DNA from: Nostoc sp. DedSLP01
Lineage (GTDB): Bacteria; Cyanobacteriota; Cyanobacteriia; Cyanobacteriales; Nostocaceae
Length of the DNA: 26,059 bases
Direction of reading: 5' to 3'
Assembly: GCA_034530875.2 (NCBI GenBank)
Contig: JAVRCJ020000066.1
Location: 1-26,059, forward strand
Positions 1 to 7,602 of the stretch are shown piece after piece. Position 1 is the first letter of the stretch. Each line of letters opens with the position of its first letter. The notes beneath the pieces are model-generated. The model ran no database searches. It worked only from the letters and a program-made list of their open reading frames with translations, and was not told where the DNA came from. The translations under genes were made by a program, and so were the position numbers.

Positions 1-73
1 CGGTCTTGAGCAATTTGAGTCTACCTTTTTTGGCTGGAAACTCGCTCTGGGTCTACTTGTGTGTACACCGTAG
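1..73 (+). mobile_element. Right end of an IS4-family (IS50-group-like) insertion sequence: transposase C-terminus plus 19-bp terminal inverted repeat (partial, runs off the window)
   Basis: The frame from position 2 reads GLEQFESTFFGWKLALGLLVCTP* (TAG 71-73), resembling the '..WRGL..F....GW' tail of IS50/Tn5-type transposases. 55-73 ACTTGTGTGTACACCGTAG is the reverse complement of CTACGGTGTACACACAAGT, which shares CT...ACACAAGT and its 19-bp length with the IS50 outside end CTGACTCTTATACACAAGT. Confidence 0.65.
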
Positions 74-206
74 CCTTTATAAGGGGAGGGTTAGGGAGGG
101 GTAATTCGAGGACTGCTAGTGATTCGAGAACTTATGTGTACACCGTAGCCTTTACAAGGGGAGGGTTAGGGTGGGGTAAAATTCCAGACTTGTGTGTACG
201 CCCTAG
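74..206. repeat. Two nested MITE-like shells: half-hairpin (CCTTTAYAAGGGGAGGGTTAGGGWGGGGTAA) followed by further IS50-like terminal repeats
   Basis: TIR copies at 130-148 (ACTTATGTGTACACCGTAG) and 188-206 (ACTTGTGTGTACGCCCTAG). The TIRs at 55-73 and 130-148 are each followed by the same half of the hairpin repeat. Confidence 0.75.
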
Positions 207-321
207 AATTAAAACCAGGGAGAGGTTCGCAGAAATTACGTTAACCGAATACTATTATGTGTCAAAAACTGAAAGCATAAATTTGCCGTTGTGGCAAACT
301 TATGACTAAAGCCACATTTTG

Positions 322-2109
322 TTAAGATTTGGGTTTATACGTCGAAGCAACATGCAATTCTTTTAGTTGCTTCACATCCACACCGGAAGGCGCATCTGTT
401 AACAAACAACGGGCTTGTTGCGTCTTCGGAAAAGCAATGACATCCCGAATCGATTCTTCCCCAGCTAGCAACATTACCAAACGGTCTAAACCGTAGGCGA
501 TACCACCATGCGGCGGGGTACCGTATTCAAATGCTTCCAACAAAAAGCCAAATTTATTTTGTGCTTCTTCAGGAGACAAACCGATCGCATCAAATACCTG
601 TTGTTGAATTTCTCGCTGATAAATCCGCAGACTTCCGCCGCCAACTTCCACGCCGTTGAGTACCAAGTCATAAGCTTGGGCGCGGGCTGTTTTTAAATCG
701 CTCAAATCCTCAGGATGCGGTGCTGTAAACGGGTGGTGCAGTGCTTCTAGACGTTTTTCGTCGGCGTTCCACTCAAACATCGGGAAATCTGTTATCCACA
801 GCAAGTTAATTTTTTCTGGATCGATTAAACCAAATTCCCTTGCAATCACTTGCCGCAACCTATCTAAAGTTTTATTCACGGTAGCAGCATCGCCAGCCCC
901 AAACAATAACAAATGTCCGGCTTTAGCACCCGTGCGCCGCAGAATTTCTTCTTTTTGTTCGGCGCTGAGGTTGTCTTTAATTGCGCCAATGGTGTCGATT
1001 TCGCCATCGTCTCTCACCCGGATATAAGCTAAACCTTTAGCACCGGCTTCGCTGGCTTCTCTAAAGATATCTCCACCTGGTTTAATGCGGACATTAGAAA
1101 TTGCCTCGTTACCGTTGGGAATGGGGAGAATTTTGACAACGCCACCATTGATTACGGTGTCTCGAAAGACTTTGAAACCGGAGTCTTTGACGATATCCGA
1201 GACGTTGACTAATTCCAAACCATAACGAGTATCCGGCTTATCGCTACCGTACCGTTCCATTCCTTCAGCGTAGGTGAGACGCGGGAAAGGACGCTGTAAT
1301 TCAATGCCTTTAACGGTTTTGAAGATATGGCAAACTAACTTTTCGTTGAGTTCGATAATTTCCTCTTGGGACATGAAGCTCATTTCCATGTCCAACTGAG
1401 TGAATTCTGGTTGTCTGTCGGCGCGTAAATCTTCATCCCGGAAGCAACGGGCGATTTGATAATATCTATCCAAGCCGGACACCATCAGCAATTGTTTAAA
1501 TAGCTGCGGTGATTGGGGTAGAGCAAACCATTCACCAGGGTTAACGCGACTGGGTAGGATATAATCTCTGGCACCTTCGGGAGTGGAACGGGTAAGAATT
1601 GGCGTTTCCACTTCGATGAACCCTTCCAAATCTTCCAGGTAACGGCGCATGGCTTTGACTATTTGATGGCGCAGTTGTAAGTTTTGCGCCATGCGTTCGC
1701 GTCGCAAATCCAAATAACGATATTTCAGCCGCAAGTCTTCCCTTACCGTTTCGCTGTCGGCTACCGAAACTTGGAAAGGTAACTGTTTGCGAACAGCGTT
1801 GAGTAGTTCAATTTTATCTGCGTAAATTTCTACTTCGCCTGTAGGTAGACGGGGATTTAACGATTCTTGGGGGCGTTCGGTCACCCTACCAGTAATTTGG
1901 ACAACATATTCATTTCGCAGGGCATTTGCCTGTTGATATGAATCGGGGGTGCGTTGCGGATCGCTGACAATTTGGACGATGCCAGAGCGATCGCGTAAAT
2001 CTAAAAATATCACGCCCCCATGATCGCGGCGACGGTCTATCCATCCGTAAAAGGTAACAGTTTCTCCAATATGTTCTTTTCGGACTTCGCCGCAATAGTG
2101 AGTTCGCAT
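322..2109 (-). CDS. aspS: Aspartate--tRNA ligase
   Basis: 595 aa. N-terminal MRTHYCG and OB-fold ([15 protein letters not shown]), [34 protein letters not shown], motif 2 [19 protein letters not shown], motif 3 [13 protein letters not shown]. Confidence 0.99.
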   Translation of the reverse strand: MRTHYCGEVRKEHIGETVTFYGWIDRRRDHGGVIFLDLRDRSGIVQIVSDPQRTPDSYQQANALRNEYVVQITGRVTERPQESLNPRLPTGEVEIYADKIELLNAVRKQLPFQVSVADSETVREDLRLKYRYLDLRRERMAQNLQLRHQIVKAMRRYLEDLEGFIEVETPILTRSTPEGARDYILPSRVNPGEWFALPQSPQLFKQLLMVSGLDRYYQIARCFRDEDLRADRQPEFTQLDMEMSFMSQEEIIELNEKLVCHIFKTVKGIELQRPFPRLTYAEGMERYGSDKPDTRYGLELVNVSDIVKDSGFKVFRDTVINGGVVKILPIPNGNEAISNVRIKPGGDIFREASEAGAKGLAYIRVRDDGEIDTIGAIKDNLSAEQKEEILRRTGAKAGHLLLFGAGDAATVNKTLDRLRQVIAREFGLIDPEKINLLWITDFPMFEWNADEKRLEALHHPFTAPHPEDLSDLKTARAQAYDLVLNGVEVGGGSLRIYQREIQQQVFDAIGLSPEEAQNKFGFLLEAFEYGTPPHGGIAYGLDRLVMLLAGEESIRDVIAFPKTQQARCLLTDAPSGVDVKQLKELHVASTYKPKS

Positions 2110-2289
2110 AATTGTTAGTTCTTGTTTCTGGGGCTAGATTGGCAAATAAAAGACAAAGCTTCCCCATTATCTAGCATCAATAGTAATTGTAGTAATAAAC
2201 GTGGAATAATCTCACGGCAATTTGCCAGACCTGAGATTGCCAACTTTAGGGGAGTGGGTAAAATCCAAAAAGTCAAACAAGAGGCGATG

Positions 2290-2416
2290 CAATACTGCTC
2301 GGGTTTTGCATTTTTAACTCGGCATTGGGTTTGGGGAAAAGGTTAAAGGGTAAAGGTTAAAGGTTTTTTCTTTCTCCCTTTCCCCTTCCCCTTTTCCCCT
2401 TAACCGACAAGTATTG
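2290..2416. mobile_element. 127-bp MITE with CAATAC...GTATTG termini and a 10-bp target-site duplication (Nezha-like, IS4-derived)
   Basis: Left end CAATACTGCTCGG, right end (reverse complement) CAATACTTGTCGG. Perfect direct repeat AGAGGCGATG at 2280-2289 and 2417-2426. Interior carries GGTTAAA and TTCCCCT heptamer-like runs. Confidence 0.85.
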
Positions 2417-2520
2417 AGAGGCGATGAGGTAAAGAAACTATTAGATACTCTTACCGTGTCTTACCATCACCGTGTTTCATCATATACAAAATTTCTCCTA
2501 AGTAACCTAACTAGCAATTG

Positions 2521-2994
2521 TTAATCACTTTCTCCATAAAAATCTTCATCTAATAGTTGTTCAATAACAAAAGGACAATCTAGAGAATATTCTGCTTCGC
2601 TTGGTTTCCTGACTCCTAACTTAGCGTTTTTACTTTCTTTGATTGCCAGTTTACGAGCATCAGCATAAGCTTGAGAAATAACTTGAGTAAGATAATTTTT
2701 AAATGAGGGATTTTCTTCCAAATCTTTTTTGACTCGAAAACGATGTTCTGTAACAGAACTATACCAACTTTCTTTCATCATTTCTGGAGCATCAGCTTGA
2801 ACGGTTAATTTGAGTAAATGAGCAATCAAGATTGTTAAATTACTAATAAATGACCGTTTTTCTGACTTTCCCATGTCTTCTAATTCTAAAAGCAAATGCT
2901 CCCAGTCAATCTCATGAAAACGATGTTGTTTAATCTGTTCAATAATGCTTTCTCGCCAAAGATTAAAATCTTGTTCGTACAATTGATTGTTCAT
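2521..2994 (-). CDS. DUF29 family protein
   Basis: LYEQDFNLW, IDWEHLLLELEDMGKSEKR, LIAHLLK, SW..SVTEHR, NPSFKNYL, CPF..EQLLDEDFY: the typical DUF29 pattern. Confidence 0.93.
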   Translation of the reverse strand: MNNQLYEQDFNLWRESIIEQIKQHRFHEIDWEHLLLELEDMGKSEKRSFISNLTILIAHLLKLTVQADAPEMMKESWYSSVTEHRFRVKKDLEENPSFKNYLTQVISQAYADARKLAIKESKNAKLGVRKPSEAEYSLDCPFVIEQLLDEDFYGESD

Positions 2995-3093
2995 ATATCA
3001 TTTAATTGTTTGCACATCTGTAAATTGTGATTTACTCGAATAATTGAATTTTAAAGCAGATCGGTAGTTGCGATCGCCAGAAGAACTTAAGCT

Positions 3094-3264
3094 ATGACAC
3101 AAATATCAGCCATTACAGAAGCAATTACTAGCTTAACAGATGCGGAAACTCGATTTGGTTTAGTCCGAATTGAGAACGAGGAGTTTTTCCCAGAGTGGTT
3201 TGAGGAATTACCTAAAATTAGTGAAGCTGAAAAAGCTTCTTTGGATGTACTGCGGCGCAGATAA
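3094..3264 (+). pseudogene. 56-codon N-terminal fragment of a cyanobacterial family usually annotated 'restriction endonuclease subunit R'
   Basis: Hand translation: MTQISAITEAITSLTDAETRFGLVRIENEEFFPEWFEELPKISEAEKASLDVLRRR*. The 'L..AE.RFGL......FFPEW...LP.I...EK..LD' pattern matches my recollection of this roughly 200-aa family. No recognisable continuation follows the TAA. Not in the ORF track. Confidence 0.65.
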
Positions 3265-3481
3265 AAATTTATACGTCAATTCAGTAACATCTATTTTGTT
3301 TTATCCTAAAGAGCTAATAAGCTGTAAATGTAACGAAAAGAAAGAATTATGCATAGATTTACTGGGCAAAAAGCGCCTAAGATCCTCAAATTTTTACATT
3401 TTTCTGATTCTGCTAAAATTTCGGAATATTGTAGGCTAAAGTTTTATAAAATCTCTGTCAAAACCCCTTACTGATGGAATT

Positions 3482-5566
3482 ATGCCACCAGACTACTCCG
3501 GCCAAAATCTTCGAGGTTGTTCTTTTAAAGGTCAAAACCTGACTGGCGCAAACTTTAGGAATACGGATATTAGAGGAGCAAATTTTAGCAACACGATTCT
3601 GAAAGAGGCTGATTTCAGAGGAGCTAGGGCTGGACTACAGCAACGTTGGGTAATTCTTCTGTTAGCCACGTCATTATTTATATCAGCAATATCAGGATTA
3701 ATTTCAGCTTATAGCGGGCTTTGGTTAGTCTATTTATTGTATGGAGACAGCGCTAAATTGCACGGTATTCTTCCAGGTTGTCTAGTGTTAATACTGTACG
3801 CAATGTTTGCTATTTTTAGTTTTCCCCAAGGTTTAACAGTAGGTTTAGGAGTTTTTATAGGGGTTTTCGCCCTGGCTGTTGCCATAGCCGGAGCGATGTT
3901 TATGAGCCTTAATAATGGAATATGGGTAGCTATAGCTTTTTACGGTTGTAGTTTTGGATTTTTAGGAATTCCTTTTATTGTAGCTTTGGCTGTAGTTAAC
4001 AACAGAGTTGTAATTGATACTCCATTTATAGATATAGGTTTGGCTATAGTTGGATCTATTTGTGGAACTATAATTGGGGCTTTTATTTTAGGTAATAATG
4101 GGCGAATTGAAGGTTCTATAGCTATGGTTACAGTTGGATTGTTGCTAGGCTGTTACATGGCTAGACTTGCTTTAATTGGTCGTGAAAACTATACATCGTT
4201 AAAAATGAGTGCAGTGGCCTTTGCAGCTACAGGTGGAACCAGCTTTCGGAATGCTGATTTAACAAACGCTGACTTTACTGGCGCAACCCTGAAAAACACA
4301 GATTTTAGAAAGACAGACTTGACTCGCACTCGTTTTTATGAAACAAAAAAACTTGATTTTGCTAGAGTAGGTGGCTCGATATTAGGTAACCGAGATATTC
4401 TCAATTTACTCGTCACTGCCAATGGAATAGGAAAATCATATTTTGGTGCTAATCTCAAAGGAGCTAACCTGATAGGCGCAGATTTAAAAGAAGCTAATCT
4501 TAAACATGCTGATATTAGTGAAGCCACATTCGAGCAAGCTTGTTTAGAATGGGCAAATCTGACTCGTACTCAGGCTGTAGTTACTAATTTCACCAACGCT
4601 CGAATGACGGGTGCTTGTGTAGAAGCATGGAATATAGAAAGTACAACTAAGTTGGATAATGTAGATTGTCGTTTTGTCTACCTTCTAGAAAACCCTAAAC
4701 CTGGAACCGATGACCGCGAACGCCGTCCCAATAGCGGCGAATTTAAGCCAGGAGAATTTACCAAGCTATTTGAAGAGGTTTTAAATACTGTTGATTTAAT
4801 TTTTCGCAATGGTATCGATTGGAGAGCTTTTGTTAGTGCATTCAAACAAGTGCAAGTTGAAAATGAAGATACCGAATTAGCTATCCAAAGTATTGAAAAC
4901 AAAGGTGATGGTGTTATCGTCGTTAGGGTAGCCGTACCTGTTGATGCAGATAAAGAAAAAATTCATAGTAGTTTTACACAAAATTATCAATTGGCACTGC
5001 AAGCAGTAGAAGAAAAATATAAAGCACAATTACAAGCTAAAGATGAGCAAATAGTCATCTATCGCCAGCAAAGTGGAGAGATGGCAGAGATTGTAAGATT
5101 ATTAGCAAATAAGCCAATTAATGTTCAAATTGACAACACAGTAGAGAATAAAAATATGAGTAACAGCAATGACTCTAGTCGCAATATTAATGTTGGTAGA
5201 GATTTTAATGCAACCGGAACAATAAATTTAGGTAAAATTAGTGGTGCGGTGACAAATACTATCAACGAGTTACCACCCTCAACTGAACCAGAGAAGCCAG
5301 GAATTAAGGAATTATTGACGCAATTGCAAGTAGCAATTGAGGCTGATACAAACTTATCTAAAGAAGATAAAGCCGAGGCGTTAGAACAAGTCAAAGCCTT
5401 GGCAGAAGCAGGGAAAAATTCCCAAGAAGGGGGAATGCAAAAGGCAGCAAAAACGGCTATCAAGATTTTAAAAGGGACGATCGCCGGTTTACCGAGTGCC
5501 ACAAAGTTAGTTGAAGAATGTAGCAAACTGTTACCGCTGATTTCAAATTTTTTGGGTTTAGGATGA
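3482..5566 (+). CDS. Membrane-embedded pentapeptide-repeat protein with a C-terminal helical domain
   Basis: A(D/N)(L/F)xx repeats at the N-terminus and mid-protein, separated by about 6 hydrophobic helices. Then RERRP..GEFKPGEF..LF, a coiled coil, an N/G/S-rich linker and a helical tail. Confidence 0.9.
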   Translation: MPPDYSGQNLRGCSFKGQNLTGANFRNTDIRGANFSNTILKEADFRGARAGLQQRWVILLLATSLFISAISGLISAYSGLWLVYLLYGDSAKLHGILPGCLVLILYAMFAIFSFPQGLTVGLGVFIGVFALAVAIAGAMFMSLNNGIWVAIAFYGCSFGFLGIPFIVALAVVNNRVVIDTPFIDIGLAIVGSICGTIIGAFILGNNGRIEGSIAMVTVGLLLGCYMARLALIGRENYTSLKMSAVAFAATGGTSFRNADLTNADFTGATLKNTDFRKTDLTRTRFYETKKLDFARVGGSILGNRDILNLLVTANGIGKSYFGANLKGANLIGADLKEANLKHADISEATFEQACLEWANLTRTQAVVTNFTNARMTGACVEAWNIESTTKLDNVDCRFVYLLENPKPGTDDRERRPNSGEFKPGEFTKLFEEVLNTVDLIFRNGIDWRAFVSAFKQVQVENEDTELAIQSIENKGDGVIVVRVAVPVDADKEKIHSSFTQNYQLALQAVEEKYKAQLQAKDEQIVIYRQQSGEMAEIVRLLANKPINVQIDNTVENKNMSNSNDSSRNINVGRDFNATGTINLGKISGAVTNTINELPPSTEPEKPGIKELLTQLQVAIEADTNLSKEDKAEALEQVKALAEAGKNSQEGGMQKAAKTAIKILKGTIAGLPSATKLVEECSKLLPLISNFLGLG

Positions 5567-5592
5567 TTTCTTACAATTCAAATCACACCTTA

Positions 5593-5677
5593 TACCGTTT
5601 CACTTTAAGATTGATACATTTAGACAAGTAGGGGGAGCAAGAAGAATGATTTGTATCAATAATTTCGTGAAATAGTA
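5593..5677. mobile_element. 85-bp MITE-like element with imperfect terminal inverted repeats and flanking TTA
   Basis: Left TACCGTTTCACTTTAAGATTGATACA; right (reverse complement) TACTATTTCACGAAATTATTGATACA. TTA at 5590-5592 and 5678-5680. Confidence 0.6.
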
Positions 5678-5694
5678 TTAATATCAAAAATACC

Positions 5695-5725
5695 TGTAGA
5701 GACGTTGCATTGCAACGTCTCTACA
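5695..5725. repeat. GTAG-type REP-like perfect palindrome
   Basis: TGTAGAGACGTTGCA-T-TGCAACGTCTCTACA (15-bp arms), lying between convergent genes. Confidence 0.85.
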
Positions 5726-5809
5726 TTTAGATTCATACTTTTTATTTTATCTTTTTCAAGGTGCGATTTAATTACAGAACTATGAAACTGAAGTGTATAT
5801 ATACAAAGC

Positions 5810-5837
5810 AGGGTAGCACAGCTAACCGTGCTACCCT
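5810..5837 (-). terminator. Stem-loop, probable terminator of the 5860-6297 gene
   Basis: AGGGTAGCAC-8 nt-GTGCTACCCT, about 22 nt past the stop codon. Only a short T run follows on the minus strand. Confidence 0.5.
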
Positions 5838-5859
5838 ACTCTGCGATCGCATTAATTAT

Positions 5860-6297
5860 TTACTTTTGAGAATAAGGATGATTGAAGGCTTCCCAAGCGG
5901 CTTTGGCAGCTTTTTGTAAGCGATAATTAAACTCTACTAAATCTTTCATCATTAAGTACCAATTTCTTTGGGCTTCATCTTGAATTACCGCCCAAGCATT
6001 TTCTAAATGAACGCGATCGCTTGGCGTAATTTTCCTTCCTTCAATCGATTCTCTAACTCTACGCACAGCATTTAGATAATTTTCTTGTGTCAGAGTACCT
6101 GTTGAATCACCCTCAGCTTGGGCGCGTCTTTTTAATGCCTCAATCAGCGCTTTAGTTTCGCGCTTGACTTCATCACTTTCACCAGCCATTTCAACTTCCA
6201 CCAATTGGTCAGTTTGAGAACTAATTTCTACAATTACTGTGGTGTCAGGCGATTCAACAAAGATAGCTTCAACGGATTCAATGTTGTTAGGATTCAT
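5860..6297 (-). CDS. Hypothetical helical protein, probably co-transcribed with htpX
   Basis: 145-aa ORF with an AGGA RBS-like sequence upstream, an acidic N-terminus and amphipathic helices (EVKRETKALIEALKRRAQAE). Confidence 0.8.
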   Translation of the reverse strand: MNPNNIESVEAIFVESPDTTVIVEISSQTDQLVEVEMAGESDEVKRETKALIEALKRRAQAEGDSTGTLTQENYLNAVRRVRESIEGRKITPSDRVHLENAWAVIQDEAQRNWYLMMKDLVEFNYRLQKAAKAAWEAFNHPYSQK

Positions 6298-6392
6298 AGT
6301 TAAAACATCCTTAATTACAAAGTTTACTTACCGATGAAAACTGTACCCTTTACTAGATTAAGCATTCTTAACTTTCCAAACAACAACTTGCA

Positions 6393-7259
6393 TTAATAAG
6401 TCGTTGTCAGTTGTTGTTCTAATTTCAGTAATGCTGTAACTCGCGCTTCTGTAGCAGGATGACTAGAAAATAAGTTACCTAAAAATTGTCCAGAGATAGA
6501 ATTGATAATCAATAATGGCTCAAAAGCTGGATTGGCATTTAAAGGCATCTGTCTTGCTGTAGCTTCTAACCTTTGCAGCGCCCTTGCTAAAGCACGGGGA
6601 TTGCCTGTTAATTTAGCAGAACCGGCATCAGCAGAAAATTCTCGCGTGCGTGAAATTGCTAGCTGAATGATTGTTGCAGCTAATGGCGCAAGCATGACTG
6701 TTAAGAGAATACCTAAAGGATTTCCACCTCTGTCATCATCTCGCGAACCGCCGCCAAACCAAAGGCTATAACTAACCATTTGGGCTAAGAAGGAAATAGC
6801 ACCAGCCACGGTAGCAGCAACGGCTTGTGTGAGGGTGTCACGATTAATAATGTGGGTGAGTTCGTGGGCGATAACGCCTTCGAGTTCGTCTTCAGGTAAG
6901 ATATTTAAAATGCCTTCAGTAACAGCAACAGCAGCGTGTTCTGGATCGCGCCCTGTAGCAAAGGCGTTAGCAGTTTGACTAGGAACAATATAAACACTAG
7001 GTGTAGGAATATTTGCACGACGAGACAATTTTTCTACCATTCGATAAAGTCCCGGTGCTTCCCTTTCGCTTACAGGTTGTGCCTGATATACCGCAAGGGC
7101 AATTTTATCTGATTGATACCAAGAAAACAGGTTTGTTACTGCTGCTAAGCCAATTCCAATAATCAAGCCACTAGTACCACCAATTACCCAGTAACTAATT
7201 GCTATTAAAAGACCGCTAAGTGCAGCTAGCAAAGCAGCTGTTTTGAATTGATTTCCCAT
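6393..7259 (-). CDS. htpX: Zinc metalloprotease HtpX (peptidase M48)
   Basis: ANAFATGRDP, VAVTEGIL, ELEGVIAHELTH (HExxH), ISRTREFSADAG, FSSHP..R. Start placed at MGNQFKT (7259), which follows a GGAG RBS, rather than at 7307. Confidence 0.95.
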   Translation of the reverse strand: MGNQFKTAALLAALSGLLIAISYWVIGGTSGLIIGIGLAAVTNLFSWYQSDKIALAVYQAQPVSEREAPGLYRMVEKLSRRANIPTPSVYIVPSQTANAFATGRDPEHAAVAVTEGILNILPEDELEGVIAHELTHIINRDTLTQAVAATVAGAISFLAQMVSYSLWFGGGSRDDDRGGNPLGILLTVMLAPLAATIIQLAISRTREFSADAGSAKLTGNPRALARALQRLEATARQMPLNANPAFEPLLIINSISGQFLGNLFSSHPATEARVTALLKLEQQLTTTY

Positions 7260-7602
7260 ATTTTCGCTCTCCTGCTCATGCTGTATGGTTTTTCTAAAAA
7301 ACAGCATTCATTAAGCTACACTTCAATTTTATCTAGCTCAAATAAGACAGTCTGATGCAGAAAACCTATCCAATATGTACGGTTTTCCCTTCTTTTGGCG
7401 AGAATAAGTAGTTAGACATCATTAAATGTAAAATACAAAAGTTTAAAACCCTAATAAAACTTGGCTTTTCCCTTCTATTTATCATTCAATTAACGTCTTG
7501 CTTTTGAGATTTTCAATATTTATTTTAATAAATTAACAAAATATAGCCAAACATTACATCTATCTGTAGTCATAATTTTTCTAGTTAACTGACAAGATTA
7601 AT

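Noticed and set aside
55..206. Possible CRISPR array (direct repeats with variable spacers)
   Set aside because: Only 2-3 units with periods of 75 and 58 bp, repeat about 50 bp, no cas genes, and the same sequence recurs inverted at 22.5 kb. It fits TIR/MITE nesting better.
61..309. 82-aa ORF with an internal repeat
   Set aside because: It is a translation of the nested repeats, with a GTG start inside a TIR and no RBS.
2122..2346. 74-aa ORF divergent from aspS
   Set aside because: It covers the aspS promoter region and runs into the MITE; no protein-like features.
3170..3439. 89-aa ORF
   Set aside because: TTG start out of frame inside the more convincing 3094-3264 relic; the rest is AT-rich intergenic DNA.
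5125..5526. Antisense ORFs within the pentapeptide gene (also 4336-4527, 4678-4902)
   Set aside because: Shadow frames opposite a well-supported CDS.
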